32,000 nt of DNA from Peristeroidobacter soli (GCF_004138485.1 NZ_RYEV01000004.1:163718-195717); one strand, 5' to 3'; numbered from the stretch's first letter, positions 9,370 to 19,944 are shown. Numbers and translations: made by a program. The notes: generated by a model from the letters alone, not told the origin.

Positions 9370-11061
9370 TCAGTGATTGTCGGTCGGCCGGATCGACTCG
9401 GGTGTGACCGTCGCGCCGAAGATCTCTTTCATGGCACGAATGTTGGGATCGTTCTCGATGGACGAGCGCGCATTCTGCAGCCGGTCATCCGCCGCGGCCT
9501 TGAGCTGACGGGCCGGCGTGTTCATCACCTCACCGCCGCTCGCCTCGCCTTCGACGAACTCCAGCACCACCGACTCGCCGTAGTAGGTGCTCAACGCCTG
9601 CTTCAGTTTCTCTTCCATCATTGCCGTGCGGTAGTGCGCGCCTTCTGGCGCAAGCGACAGACGCACTTTGTTTCCTTGCCGGCCGAGGAACGCGCAATTC
9701 GCCGCGAGCTGACGCGTGATGCCACCGAGGCCCATCTGCGCGACCATCGCATTCCAATCGCCATCGCTGCCCGAGGCCGCCGCCGGTGCGGCGGGTGCCG
9801 CTGGCGCGGACGGCGCAGCGTGCGCCGCCTGAACAGCCGGTGCAGGCGACTGCGTGGGCGCAGGCGCGGCGGCCGCGGCACGCACGGAGGCCGGCACACC
9901 ACCACCGGAAGAGGCACCCGCTGAACGAGCCGGCGCGGGCGCCGCCGACGGCGCACTGCCCGCCGAGGCCACCACTTCCTGCGCGCTGAACGCCAGCATG
10001 CGCAACAACACCATCTCGAATCCACCGCGCGCATCGGGCGCGAGCTCCAGATCGCGACGGCCGACGATGGCGATCTGATAGAACAGCTGCGCATCCTCCG
10101 GCGTGATCGCGGCGGCGAGCTTCTTATAGGTTTCTACGTCATCCGACTCATCGATCTGCAGATCGGGCACAGCCTGCAGCAGCGCGAGCTTCTGTAACAG
10201 CGACGCGAGCTCCGCGAGCACTTCGCGATAGTCCGGCGCGTGCTCATCCAGCTCGTTCACTCGATCGAGCACCTTGCGCGCATCGCGAGCCATCAACGCC
10301 TCGACGATGCCGAACACCTGCGCACGATCCAGCGTGCCGAGCATGGTGCGCGTGTCCTCGGCGGTGAGCTTGCCGCCACCGAACGCAATGACCTGATCGA
10401 GCAGACTGAGCGCATCACGCATGCTGCCCTCGGCAGCGCGCGCGACCATGCGCAGCGCGTCGATTTCGAACTCGATGCTCTCCTGCTCACAGATGAACTT
10501 GAGCCGGTTCAGAATCATCGCCGGCGGAAAGCGCTTCAGGTTGAACTGCAGACAGCGCGACAGCACCGTCACCGGCAGCTTCTGCGGATCGGTGGTCGCG
10601 AGCAGGAATTTGACGTGCGGCGGCGGCTCTTCGAGCGTCTTCAGCAACGCATTGAACGAATGCGTCGAGAGCATGTGCACTTCGTCGATCAGGTAGACCT
10701 TGTAGCGACCACGCGCGGGTGCGTACTGCACGTTGTCGAGCAGCTCGCGCGTGTCGTCGACCTTGGTGCGCGAGGCGGCGTCGACTTCGATCAGGTCGAC
10801 GAAGCGGCCCTCGTCGATCTCGCGACAGGCGCTGCAGACACCGCACGGCGTCGGCGTCATGCCGGTTTCGCAATTCAGCGACTTGGCGAGAATGCGCGCG
10901 ATGGTCGTTTTGCCTACGCCGCGCGTACCGGTGAACAGGAACGCGTGGTGCACCCGCCCGGTCTGCAGCGCGTTCACGAGCGCGCGCATCACGTGATCCT
11001 GGCCAGCCAGCTCAGTAAAACTGCGCGGCCGCCATTTGCGGGCGAGAGCTAGATAGGACAT
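9370..11061 (-). CDS. dnaX: DNA polymerase III subunits gamma/tau
   Basis: MSYLALARKWRPRSFTELAGQDHVMRALVNAL..., Walker A GTRGVGKTTIARI, zinc module CGVCSAC, DEVHMLS. Start placed at 11061; the track ORF start 11202 runs through the SRP RNA. Confidence 0.97.
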   Translation of the reverse strand: MSYLALARKWRPRSFTELAGQDHVMRALVNALQTGRVHHAFLFTGTRGVGKTTIARILAKSLNCETGMTPTPCGVCSACREIDEGRFVDLIEVDAASRTKVDDTRELLDNVQYAPARGRYKVYLIDEVHMLSTHSFNALLKTLEEPPPHVKFLLATTDPQKLPVTVLSRCLQFNLKRFPPAMILNRLKFICEQESIEFEIDALRMVARAAEGSMRDALSLLDQVIAFGGGKLTAEDTRTMLGTLDRAQVFGIVEALMARDARKVLDRVNELDEHAPDYREVLAELASLLQKLALLQAVPDLQIDESDDVETYKKLAAAITPEDAQLFYQIAIVGRRDLELAPDARGGFEMVLLRMLAFSAQEVVASAGSAPSAAPAPARSAGASSGGGVPASVRAAAAAPAPTQSPAPAVQAAHAAPSAPAAPAAPAAASGSDGDWNAMVAQMGLGGITRQLAANCAFLGRQGNKVRLSLAPEGAHYRTAMMEEKLKQALSTYYGESVVLEFVEGEASGGEVMNTPARQLKAAADDRLQNARSSIENDPNIRAMKEIFGATVTPESIRPTDNH

Positions 11062-11084
11062 GCGGGAACCTTGATGGAGACGGC

Positions 11085-11196
11085 CCGCGCCGGCGCTTCT
11101 CCGGCGCCCGATATCACCGTTACCGTTGCTCCCTTCCGGGCCTGGCGGGGTTCGCGGCTGATCGTCGCGGAGAAACCGACGCGAGCCGCCATAGAA
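11085..11196 (-). ncRNA. ffs: Bacterial signal recognition particle 4.5S RNA (boundaries approximate)
   Basis: Reverse complement contains the SRP helix-8 signature GAACCCCGCCAGGCCCGGAAGGGAGCAACGGTAACGG preceded by TCGGTTTCTCCGCGACGATCAG; position upstream of dnaX fits many gammaproteobacteria. Confidence 0.88.
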
Positions 11197-11304
11197 GCCC
11201 ACGAAAATCGGCAGTCGATTTGAGGCGGCGGAATATACCAGACGCCTACGGTTTGCCGTAGATCTTGACTAACGAAACCTACGGCGCGCCGTAGCGACGC
11301 CCTG

Positions 11305-11793
11305 CTAGCCTCGCCCCCGGTACCCAGGTACGCCCTGGTCCGGCAGCCACAGGTCCTTGGGAGGCGCTCCGGTCTGCCAGAACACATCTATGGGGATGCC
11401 GCCGCGCGGATACCAGTACCCGCCGATGCGCAGCCAGCGCGGTTTCAGGAAGTCCACCAGGCGTGCACCGATGGCGACAGTGCAGTCCTCGTGGAATGCG
11501 CCGTGATTGCGGAACGAGCCCAGGTACAGCTTGAGCGACTTGCTCTCGACCAGCCACTGCCTGGGCACATAGTCGATCACGAGATGCGCAAAGTCAGGCT
11601 GCCCCGTCACCGGACACAGCGAGGTGAACTCGGGCGCCGTGAAGCGCGCAAGATACAGCTTGTCCGGATGCGGATTCGGCACGCGCTCGAGCGTCGCCTC
11701 CTCCGGCGAGGTCGGCCACGCGACGTTCGAGCCGAGCTGACTCACGTGCTCAGCGACATCCGCGCCGCGTTTCTTTTTTGAACCCTTCGCCAT
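11305..11793 (-). CDS. queF: NADPH-dependent 7-cyano-7-deazaguanine reductase QueF (short form)
   Basis: 162 aa; [60 protein letters not shown]. Confidence 0.95.
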   Translation of the reverse strand: MAKGSKKKRGADVAEHVSQLGSNVAWPTSPEEATLERVPNPHPDKLYLARFTAPEFTSLCPVTGQPDFAHLVIDYVPRQWLVESKSLKLYLGSFRNHGAFHEDCTVAIGARLVDFLKPRWLRIGGYWYPRGGIPIDVFWQTGAPPKDLWLPDQGVPGYRGRG

Positions 11794-11796
11794 GGC

Positions 11797-13257
11797 TCAA
11801 AGAATCTCGGACGCGTAGTCCGCCAGGCGCGAGCGCTCACCCCGCATCAGCGTGATGTGCCCGGCGTGCGACCAGTCCCGGAACCGGTTGACCACATAGG
11901 TCAAGCCCGACGTGGTCTCGGTCAGATACGGCGTATCGATCTGCGCGATGTTGCCGAGGCACACCACTTTCGTGCCCGGACCCGAGCGCGTCACCAGCGC
12001 CTTCATCTGCTTGGCGGTGAGATTCTGTGCCTCGTCCAGAATCAGAAACCGATTCAGAAAGGTACGACCGCGCATGAAATTCAGCGAGCGGATCTTGATC
12101 CGGTTGCGCAGCAGATCGTTGGTCGCCGCGCGGCCCCAGTTGCCGCCCTCCTGGCTCTGCGTCAGCACTTCCAGGTTGTCCATCAGCGCGCCCATCCACG
12201 GCTCCATCTTCTCTTCCTCGGTGCCGGGGAGGAAGCCGATATCTTCGCCGAGCGGAATGGTCACGCGCGTCATGATGATTTCGGCGAAGCGATTGCTTTC
12301 CAGCGTCTGCGCCAGCCCCGCCGCGAGCGTCAGCAGCGTCTTGCCGGTGCCGGCCGGGCCGAGAATGGTCACGAAGTCGATCTCGGGATCGAGCAGCAGA
12401 TTCAGTGCGAAGTTCTGTTCGCGATTGCGTGCGTTGATGCCCCAGATGCTGTGCCGCTCGTTGCGAAAGTCCCGGATCAGCTCGAGCACCGCCTCGTTGC
12501 CGTCGATCTTGCGAACGATGGCTTCGATGCCGGTCGCATCCTGCTGATACAGGAACTGATTGACGTGCCAGTCGCGCACCATCGGGCCGTGCACCCGATA
12601 ATAAGTGCGCGTCTGCTCCTGCCAGGAGTGCATGTTCTTGCCATGCTTCTCCCAGAAGTTCGCCGGCAGCTCCTGCAGGCCGGTGTACAGCAGATCGGCG
12701 TCTTCGATGGTCTTGTCGTTGTAATAGTCTTCCGAATAGACGCCGATGATGGACGCCTTGATGCGCAGGTTGATGTCCTTGGACACCAGCGTGACGCGCG
12801 CATCCGGATGTTCCTTCTGCAAGGCCAGCGCCTGACCGAGGATGGCGTTGTCCGCGCCGTGACCGGGCAACGTGTCCGGCAGGCCGCCCACCAGCACTTT
12901 GGTCTGGAAGAACAGCCGGCCGGCGACGGCCTTCTTCTGGCCGTTGATATATTTGCTGGTCGGCAGCTCGATGCCCGCATCGATCGCCGCCTTGTCGACA
13001 CCGACCATGAGCTCATCGAGGAAGCGGCTCACCTGCCGCACGTTGCGCGCCGCCTCCGACAACCCCTTCTTACCGGCGTCGAGCTCCTCCAGCACGATCA
13101 TCGGAATGTAGACGTCGTGCTCGTCGAAACGAAAGATCGAAGTCGGGTCGTGCATCAGGACGTTGGTGTCCAGCACGAAGATCCGTCGCGGGCCGCGTTT
13201 GCCCGGGCGACTGCGCTTGTCGCCGGCCTTGTGTTCGCTCGATTCGGCTCTGGCCAT
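11797..13257 (-). CDS. PhoH family protein with N-terminal PIN domain
   Basis: RRIFVLDTNVLMHDPTSIFRF (PIN), GPAGTGKTLLTLAAGL (Walker A), FLILDEAQNLTAKQMKALVTRSGPGTKVVCLGN. Track start is 13272. Confidence 0.93.
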   Translation of the reverse strand: MARAESSEHKAGDKRSRPGKRGPRRIFVLDTNVLMHDPTSIFRFDEHDVYIPMIVLEELDAGKKGLSEAARNVRQVSRFLDELMVGVDKAAIDAGIELPTSKYINGQKKAVAGRLFFQTKVLVGGLPDTLPGHGADNAILGQALALQKEHPDARVTLVSKDINLRIKASIIGVYSEDYYNDKTIEDADLLYTGLQELPANFWEKHGKNMHSWQEQTRTYYRVHGPMVRDWHVNQFLYQQDATGIEAIVRKIDGNEAVLELIRDFRNERHSIWGINARNREQNFALNLLLDPEIDFVTILGPAGTGKTLLTLAAGLAQTLESNRFAEIIMTRVTIPLGEDIGFLPGTEEEKMEPWMGALMDNLEVLTQSQEGGNWGRAATNDLLRNRIKIRSLNFMRGRTFLNRFLILDEAQNLTAKQMKALVTRSGPGTKVVCLGNIAQIDTPYLTETTSGLTYVVNRFRDWSHAGHITLMRGERSRLADYASEIL

Positions 13258-13311
13258 GAGAGGTGTCGTCACTCCTTACGTGGATATGGACTGCAGAGTA
13301 GAGACTGGGTG

Positions 13312-13884
13312 TTACAGAGCTTTGGCAGCGTCGAGCACGGCCTCGGCGTGACCCGGCACTTTCACCTTGCGCCATTCCTGCCGCAGCACGCCGTCCGCGC
13401 CGATCAGGAACGTGCTGCGCTCCACGCCCATGAACTTGCGACCGTACATGCTCTTCTCCTTGATCACATCGAACAGCTGGCACAGCGCCTGGCTCTCATC
13501 CGAGAGCAGCTCGAACGGGAACCGATACTTCGCCTTGAACTTCTCGTGCGAGGCGATGCTGTCGGTGGAGACCCCGAGAATCACGGTGTTCGCTTTCTTG
13601 AACGCCGGCGCGAGATCGCGGAACGCCTCGCCTTCGGCCGTGCAACCGGTGGTGTTGTCGCGAGGATAGAAATAGATCACGAGGTTCGAGCCCGCCGCCG
13701 CGCTCGACTTCCACGAGCCGCCGCCCGTGACCGCACTGGAGAACGCGGGGACCTTCTTTCCTACCGCGACCTTGCCCGAGCCGCCGCTACTCTTGACCGG
13801 CGCGCTGTTGGCGACCGGGGCTTTCTTCGCAGGCGCTTGCTTGGCCGATTTCTTTGCGGCGACCGAGGTTTTTTTAGCCGGCAT
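13312..13884 (-). CDS. Thioredoxin-dependent peroxiredoxin (Bcp type) with Lys/Ala-rich N-terminal extension
   Basis: YFYPRDNTTGCTAEGEAFRD catalytic region; FPFELLSDE, GVERSTFLIGADG. Confidence 0.9.
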   Translation of the reverse strand: MPAKKTSVAAKKSAKQAPAKKAPVANSAPVKSSGGSGKVAVGKKVPAFSSAVTGGGSWKSSAAAGSNLVIYFYPRDNTTGCTAEGEAFRDLAPAFKKANTVILGVSTDSIASHEKFKAKYRFPFELLSDESQALCQLFDVIKEKSMYGRKFMGVERSTFLIGADGVLRQEWRKVKVPGHAEAVLDAAKAL

Positions 13885-13887
13885 TGC

Positions 13888-14415
13888 TTAGGACTTGACG
13901 GGTTCGAGAATGGCGTCGAGGTTCAGCTGATCGCACAAATCCATGAATTCCTCGCGCAACGCCGCGATATGAATCTTGGCTGGAATGTGGACGACCATCT
14001 GTACGGAAAACATTGGCGCGCCGGTATGCGCGGCGGCGTAGCTGCGCGTGTTCAGCTCGGCGATATCGATGCCGCGCGCGCTGAAAAAACCGGCCAGGTT
14101 GTGCACGATGCCCGGCTGATCCAGGCACACCACGTCGACCGAATACGTGACCACGTCCTTGCGCGGCGGCCGCTGGTCGGTGCGCCGGAGACTGATGGTG
14201 ATCCCGGAGGAATCGCTGAGCTTTTTCAGCTCGGTCTCCAGCTTGGCGAGCGTGTGCCAGTTACCGGACACCAGCAACAGCATGGCGAACTCGCTGCCGA
14301 ACGAGCTCATGCGGCTGTCGACGATGTTACCGGAGCAGTCGAGCACCACGCGGGTCAGATCGTAGACCAGACCGGTGCGATCGCTGCCAAGAGCGGAAAT
14401 GACGATGAACTGCAT
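13888..14415 (-). CDS. ACT-domain protein, glycine cleavage system transcriptional repressor (GcvR)-like
   Basis: 175 aa; ISALGSDRTGLVYDLTRVVLDCSGNIVDSRMSSFGSEFAMLLLVSG plus second ACT region VDVVCLDQPGIVHNLAGFFSARGIDIAEL; divergent from dapA. Confidence 0.85.
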   Translation of the reverse strand: MQFIVISALGSDRTGLVYDLTRVVLDCSGNIVDSRMSSFGSEFAMLLLVSGNWHTLAKLETELKKLSDSSGITISLRRTDQRPPRKDVVTYSVDVVCLDQPGIVHNLAGFFSARGIDIAELNTRSYAAAHTGAPMFSVQMVVHIPAKIHIAALREEFMDLCDQLNLDAILEPVKS

Positions 14416-14521
14416 CGAGTGCCTGAGCGGGATTTACGGGTCGCCAGTTTACACGCACCGCGCGCTTGGCGTGCCTAACTGCCGTCAACTTTGGTAGGAT
14501 CGCGCCCCTTCCCCTTCGAGG

Positions 14522-15406
<885 letters not shown>

Positions 15407-15436
15407 ACGAGGCGCTGGCAACCTTTGCTCCATGAA

Positions 15437-15458
15437 AAAGCCCCTTCGCAGGGGCTTT
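15437..15458. terminator. Bidirectional Rho-independent terminator between convergent dapA and the TonB receptor
   Basis: Perfect hairpin AAAGCCCCT-TCGC-AGGGGCTTT (9-bp stem, 4-nt loop) followed by CTTGTTT; A-rich on the left gives a U-tract on the other strand. Confidence 0.85.
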
Positions 15459-15476
15459 CTTGTTTGATGCCGGCGC

Positions 15477-18095
15477 TCAGAATGAACCTTTGATGGCCAG
15501 CTCGAAGCTTCGGGGCGTGCCATAGCGGTTGTTGCCCACCGTCGTGCCGACGGTCTGATAGTAACGCCGGTCCGCCACGTTCTCGATGTTCAGCGCCACC
15601 AGCCACCGGTCCGTGAGGTGATATCTGGCGGCGGAGGAGACGATGGCACGAGCCGGCTCCGTGAACGAGTAATCCACCGAGGTCCCGGGCACGCACGCCT
15701 GGCGCCCGGTCACCGGATTCGGTACGTCAGGGGTACACGTCGTACCCGCCACATAGGTCGCGGTCTGCGCGTTGATGCCGAGGCTCAGCTCCAAACGACG
15801 CCACGCCCCCGACGGTCGCAACGTCGACCAGACCTTCAGCAGATGCTTGGGAGTCTGAGATTGGAACGACGTGCCCTCAATCTCACCGAACGACGAGCCT
15901 TCCTGGGAATTCTGGTTGAAGGTGTAGCTCGCCTGCAGCTCCAACATCGGCAGCACCTGCCCTGCCACCTCCAGGTCCACGCCCTGGCTCAGCATGGAGC
16001 GGTTGGGATCGGCGATGTAGCAACAGGTGCGGCCATTGCCGTAGTTCACACGCGGGACGCTCAGATCCGAGATCCCGAAATTCTTCTGCTCCAGGCGATA
16101 GAAATCGAACGTTGCGGTGAGTCTGCCATCGGCCGATTGCGCCTTCAGGCCCAGCTCCAGGTTGTCTCCGGTCACCGGCGCCAGCGGCTCGCCACTGGCC
16201 GTGAGCTGGTCTGCCTGTCCCCTGTTGATCGAGGCGTAGGAACCGTAGACCGACAGACTCGAAGTGATGTCGTAGATCACCGCGAACTGCGAGGGTTCGA
16301 ATTCATTCCGCCGCCACAGATACACCGTCGGTGCGCGCGGGACGCCACTGCTCGAATAGCTCTGCTGCACCTGTTCGTACTCATACCCGCTCCAGCGCAC
16401 ACCCAACGGAAAATGCCAGCGATCCCACAGCGTCAGGTTGAGCCTCGCGTAGGCGCCCCATTGCTTCTGCCCCATGGCTGGATAGAGCGAGCGCCGGTAG
16501 TCACTCAACGGCTCAGGGAAATCGGTCGGCTCGAAGCTGAAAATATCGGGAATGGAAATGCCCGACTCTCCCGTGAACACATAGAGCTCGTATTCGCCGG
16601 CATCCACGTCCTGGTAGTTCGCCCCGACCGTCAGGCGCTGGCGCTCGCCGAACAGCTCGAACTCGCCGTTCAACGTGGCGTCCGCGACGAATTGTTTGCT
16701 GGAGTAGAACTCCCGCTGCGCCGACAGACTGGTACCGCCGCCTGTCTGCGTGCCGATGGCACCGTACAGCGCCGCGTATTTCAGCTTGGTCTGCTGATCG
16801 GTCCACGTGCTCTTGAGATCCAGGCTCCACCGCTCGCCCAGCCGCTGCTCGGCGCGCAGGAACACCTCGGACGACTCGGTGTCGAAGTAACCCCAGTCGA
16901 CACAGGCACACAGATCCCTGGGCAGGTGCAGATCGGTGCCATCGAGATAGCGCGGCCAGCCTGTCATGAGGGGAATGGAATCGCGCTTCATGGCGCTGCC
17001 GCCGATGCTCAGCAGCGTACCGGGCGACAGGTCGGCCTCGAAAGTGAGCGACTGCGTCTCGAGCGTCGATTCGGCAACGTCGAAGAAATAATCCTGGTCC
17101 TGATAGGTGGCGATGAAGCGCGCGCGCAATCTGCCATCGAACGCGATCGGCCCGGTGGCATCGCCCACCAGTCGATACTTGTTCCAGGAGCCGGCCGACG
17201 CTTCGGTGCTCAGCTGCACATGCGACAGCGGCCGTTTGCGAACCAGGTTGATGGTCGCGCCAGGGTCGCCATAGCCGCTGAACAGGCCATCCGCGCCGCG
17301 CAGCACTTCGACATGGTCGTACTGCGCCATCTCGAACAGATTCTGATAGGAGTAAGTGGCGCCCATCGAGACCGGGGCACTGCCATCGACTTGCACACGC
17401 GTCACCTCAAAAGCACGCGAGTACGGCGTGAGTGGATTGGTACCGCCGCCCAGCATCGTGATGCCAGCCGCTTGATTCAAGACATCGCTCAGCGAGGTGA
17501 GATTCTGATCGTCCATCCGCTGACGCGTGATGACACTCACGGTCTGCGGCGTATCTTTGATGCTCTCGGGAGATTTGGTTCCGATGCTGATCGCACTCGT
17601 CGTGTAGCTGCGCGTGCCTTCGGTCGCGGTGGTATCGGTGCTGCCGTTGATGCCGGCATTCGCGTTGGCGCCCTGCACCCCTTCCACTCGAACCGGGCCA
17701 AGCGTGCGCGAAGCTTCGCGCGACACGCGGATCAGTGTCGCCGTCATGGCGCCGGTGAAGCGGGCTTCGAGGCCGGTGCCCGCGAGCAGCGCGCCGAGCG
17801 CTTCGGTCACCGTGTAGTCACCGGAGATGCCTGCCGTCTTCATGCCGCTCGCAAGATTGCTCGGATACACGAGCTGCATGCGACTGACCTCCGAGAACGA
17901 GCTGAGCGCCTTGCTCAACTCACCCGCGGCGATATCGAAGCGCAGTCGCTGCTGACTCGCGGACTCTTTCTTATCCGATTGCGCGTGTGCCGTTTGTATC
18001 GAACAGATGAGCGCCGCGCCGAGCAATCCGCCTGCAATCACGCCCGCGCCCGCATTGTGTCTGATCATTCCCGTCCCCATTTCTTTCGCGACCAT
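15477..18095 (-). CDS. TonB-dependent siderophore receptor with N-terminal STN (signalling) domain, FecA-like
   Basis: LRFDIAAGELSKALSSFSEVSRMQLVYPSNL... (STN), SPESIKDTPQTVSVITRQRMDDQNLTSLSDVL, VEVLRGADGLFSGYGDPGATINLVRK, C-terminal F. Confidence 0.93.
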   Translation of the reverse strand: MVAKEMGTGMIRHNAGAGVIAGGLLGAALICSIQTAHAQSDKKESASQQRLRFDIAAGELSKALSSFSEVSRMQLVYPSNLASGMKTAGISGDYTVTEALGALLAGTGLEARFTGAMTATLIRVSREASRTLGPVRVEGVQGANANAGINGSTDTTATEGTRSYTTSAISIGTKSPESIKDTPQTVSVITRQRMDDQNLTSLSDVLNQAAGITMLGGGTNPLTPYSRAFEVTRVQVDGSAPVSMGATYSYQNLFEMAQYDHVEVLRGADGLFSGYGDPGATINLVRKRPLSHVQLSTEASAGSWNKYRLVGDATGPIAFDGRLRARFIATYQDQDYFFDVAESTLETQSLTFEADLSPGTLLSIGGSAMKRDSIPLMTGWPRYLDGTDLHLPRDLCACVDWGYFDTESSEVFLRAEQRLGERWSLDLKSTWTDQQTKLKYAALYGAIGTQTGGGTSLSAQREFYSSKQFVADATLNGEFELFGERQRLTVGANYQDVDAGEYELYVFTGESGISIPDIFSFEPTDFPEPLSDYRRSLYPAMGQKQWGAYARLNLTLWDRWHFPLGVRWSGYEYEQVQQSYSSSGVPRAPTVYLWRRNEFEPSQFAVIYDITSSLSVYGSYASINRGQADQLTASGEPLAPVTGDNLELGLKAQSADGRLTATFDFYRLEQKNFGISDLSVPRVNYGNGRTCCYIADPNRSMLSQGVDLEVAGQVLPMLELQASYTFNQNSQEGSSFGEIEGTSFQSQTPKHLLKVWSTLRPSGAWRRLELSLGINAQTATYVAGTTCTPDVPNPVTGRQACVPGTSVDYSFTEPARAIVSSAARYHLTDRWLVALNIENVADRRYYQTVGTTVGNNRYGTPRSFELAIKGSF

Positions 18096-18133
18096 CTACG
18101 CCGCAAAAGAGAGACCAGCCAATGAAAATTTCC

Positions 18134-19057
18134 CTAACCGCGCGGCGTGACGATCAACAGGAATGGCAGGCGTCGCAGCTGCAATCCTGAACCGGCGGCG
18201 AGCGCATCCAGACCGCCGTTGAGATCCTGCACCGACAGCGAGCCGCTCATCGGCATCGCCCCGATGTCGTCATCGAGAAGAATGACAAACCCACGACGAT
18301 AGCGCTCGACGATGCGCAGCGTGTCCTCGAGGCTGGTGTGATCGAGCACGATCCGGCCGGCGCGCCACGCACCTTCGGCATGTGAATCGAAGCCGTGCAC
18401 GCTCGCCGTTGTGCCGGCAACGAACTGCGCCGACTCTCCACTCGCAAGCGGCGTGACGGTGTCGTTGAAATCGACCTCGACGCGACCGTCGCTCACGCTC
18501 ACTTGCAGTCGCGCATCGTGTGTATCGACGGTGAACGCGGTGCCGATGTCGCGAATCACGGCATTCATGGCGCGCACCTGGAACGGGCGACCCGCGTCAT
18601 TGGCGATCGCCACGTGCACTCGCCCGGCACTCACTTCGAGCACTCGCGCTCGAGCATCGTTACGAAAATCTACCGCCGCGCCGCTGTCGAGCCACAGCGT
18701 GCTGCCATCGGGCAATCGCGCCTGACGCACCTCTCCGACCGGTGCGCTGAAGTCGTGCTGAAACAGCCACGGCATCACCGCGAGCAGCATACAAGCGGCG
18801 GCCGCGAGCAGCGCCGGGACGATGAATCTAGAGCGTCGCGGTGGCGCGCGGACTGCGGGCTCAACGGCAGCGAGCCCCGCATACATTCGTCGCGCGCGGT
18901 CGAACGCCCGCCGATGCGATGGATCGCGGTTCAACCACTCCTTCAGTTCCGCCACGTCCTGTTGGGAGACGGCGTCGAGCGACAGACGCGCGACCCAGCG
19001 CACCGCTACATCGGTCACGGTCCGCGGATCGTCTACGGCAGCCACGATTGCATCCAT
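18134..19057 (-). CDS. FecR-family anti-sigma / sigma regulator
   Basis: WLNRDPSHRRAFDRARRMYAGL, TM segment VPALLAAAACMLLAVMPWLF, PVGEVRQARLPDGSTLWLDSGAAVDF, VRDIGTAFTV-like core. Start at MDAIVAAVDD (19057) preferred over 19150. Confidence 0.92.
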   Translation of the reverse strand: MDAIVAAVDDPRTVTDVAVRWVARLSLDAVSQQDVAELKEWLNRDPSHRRAFDRARRMYAGLAAVEPAVRAPPRRSRFIVPALLAAAACMLLAVMPWLFQHDFSAPVGEVRQARLPDGSTLWLDSGAAVDFRNDARARVLEVSAGRVHVAIANDAGRPFQVRAMNAVIRDIGTAFTVDTHDARLQVSVSDGRVEVDFNDTVTPLASGESAQFVAGTTASVHGFDSHAEGAWRAGRIVLDHTSLEDTLRIVERYRRGFVILLDDDIGAMPMSGSLSVQDLNGGLDALAAGSGLQLRRLPFLLIVTPRG

Positions 19058-19103
19058 GGAGAAAGAGAGACCAGTGAGAATGCAAAACCCCAACCTGCCG
19101 GCG

Positions 19104-19691
19104 TCATCGCTCGTCGTCCTGGGTCGCTTCCAACAGCAGCGACAAGGCATTGCGCAGGTGTTTCTCCACCGCTGTGGTGGAGATCCCGAGCCGCTGCGCG
19201 ATCTCCACTTGCTTCATGCCCTCGAACCGATTCATCGCGAGAATCTGCCGGGTACGCTCCGGCAACCGGCTCAACGTGCCGGTCACCCGGGTGAGCTGCT
19301 CGGTCGCGAGGAAATTGCGCTCCGGCGTGGCTTCATCGATGCCGGACCAGAGCAGATCCTTCACCTCTTCAGTCAGCTCGCTGCGCCGGCGAGCCACGGC
19401 TCGATGATTGGTGGCCAGATTGACGGCGATCCGAAACAGGAACGCGCGTGGGTCGTGCACCGGCTCGGCCGGTGGCGAATGAATGCGAAGGAAGACTTCC
19501 TGGACGATGTCCTGCGCGGTCGCACGACAGCCGATGCGGGCAGCGATGAATCGCAGCAACGCAGGCTCGTGCTCGCGGAACGAAGTGAGCAGGTCGACCG
19601 CAGCGGCCGATCCGCCGGCATCGATGTCGCCGAAGTCTGTCACTCCGCACGCTCCGCGAGCGCTGCGGCTCCCGGTGCGGTCATGGATCAA
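19104..19691 (-). CDS. ECF RNA polymerase sigma factor, FecI-like
   Basis: LLRFIAARIGCRATAQDIVQEVFLRIH, FLFRIAVNLATNHRAVARRR, LSRLPERTRQILAMNRFEGMKQVEIAQRLGISTTAVEKHLRNAL. Confidence 0.94.
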   Translation of the reverse strand: MIHDRTGSRSARGACGVTDFGDIDAGGSAAAVDLLTSFREHEPALLRFIAARIGCRATAQDIVQEVFLRIHSPPAEPVHDPRAFLFRIAVNLATNHRAVARRRSELTEEVKDLLWSGIDEATPERNFLATEQLTRVTGTLSRLPERTRQILAMNRFEGMKQVEIAQRLGISTTAVEKHLRNALSLLLEATQDDER

Positions 19692-19944
19692 TCCAGGGTC
19701 GAGGGGCGCCTACGGCAAAGAACGTCCGGGCCTCGGCGGGACCGCAATTCGCACCCGCCACTCGCCACTCGCCCGCCGACGGCGTCGCACCGGTCAGCGC
19801 AAGTCCCCGTTCCCGGTCGGCAATCCGGTCCCCGGCCCCTGACAAATTTCAGCAGTTTTCAGCGGACTTCAGCCCCTGGCACGGCCGGTCAGAGACCGGG
19901 GTTTGCCGACCCGCGCCGCGCCGTGTACCCTTCGCGCCCTGACC

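Noticed and set aside
9370-11061. Programmed frameshift in dnaX (A AAA AAG-type slippery site)
   Set aside because: No obvious slippery heptamer seen when reading the minus strand; no support for an E. coli-style gamma product.
11062-11202. N-terminal 47-residue extension of dnaX in the ORF track
   Set aside because: Overlaps the 4.5S RNA and its conserved CAGGCCCGGAAGGGAGCA motif; the canonical DnaX start MSYLALARKWRP is at 11061.
11857-14478. 873-aa plus-strand ORF (and 835-aa ORF 15618..18125, 707-aa ORF 1656..3779, 430-aa ORF 4153..5445)
   Set aside because: Antisense to well-supported genes (phoH-like/bcp/gcvR-like, TonB receptors, epimerase, hydrolase). Arg/His/Ala/Gly-rich low-information translations are typical of antisense frames in high-GC DNA.
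15477-19691. FecI-FecR-TonB receptor trio as a novel system
   Set aside because: Order, orientation and domains (ECF sigma, FecR, STN-containing receptor) match well-known cell-surface signalling for siderophore uptake; ordinary.
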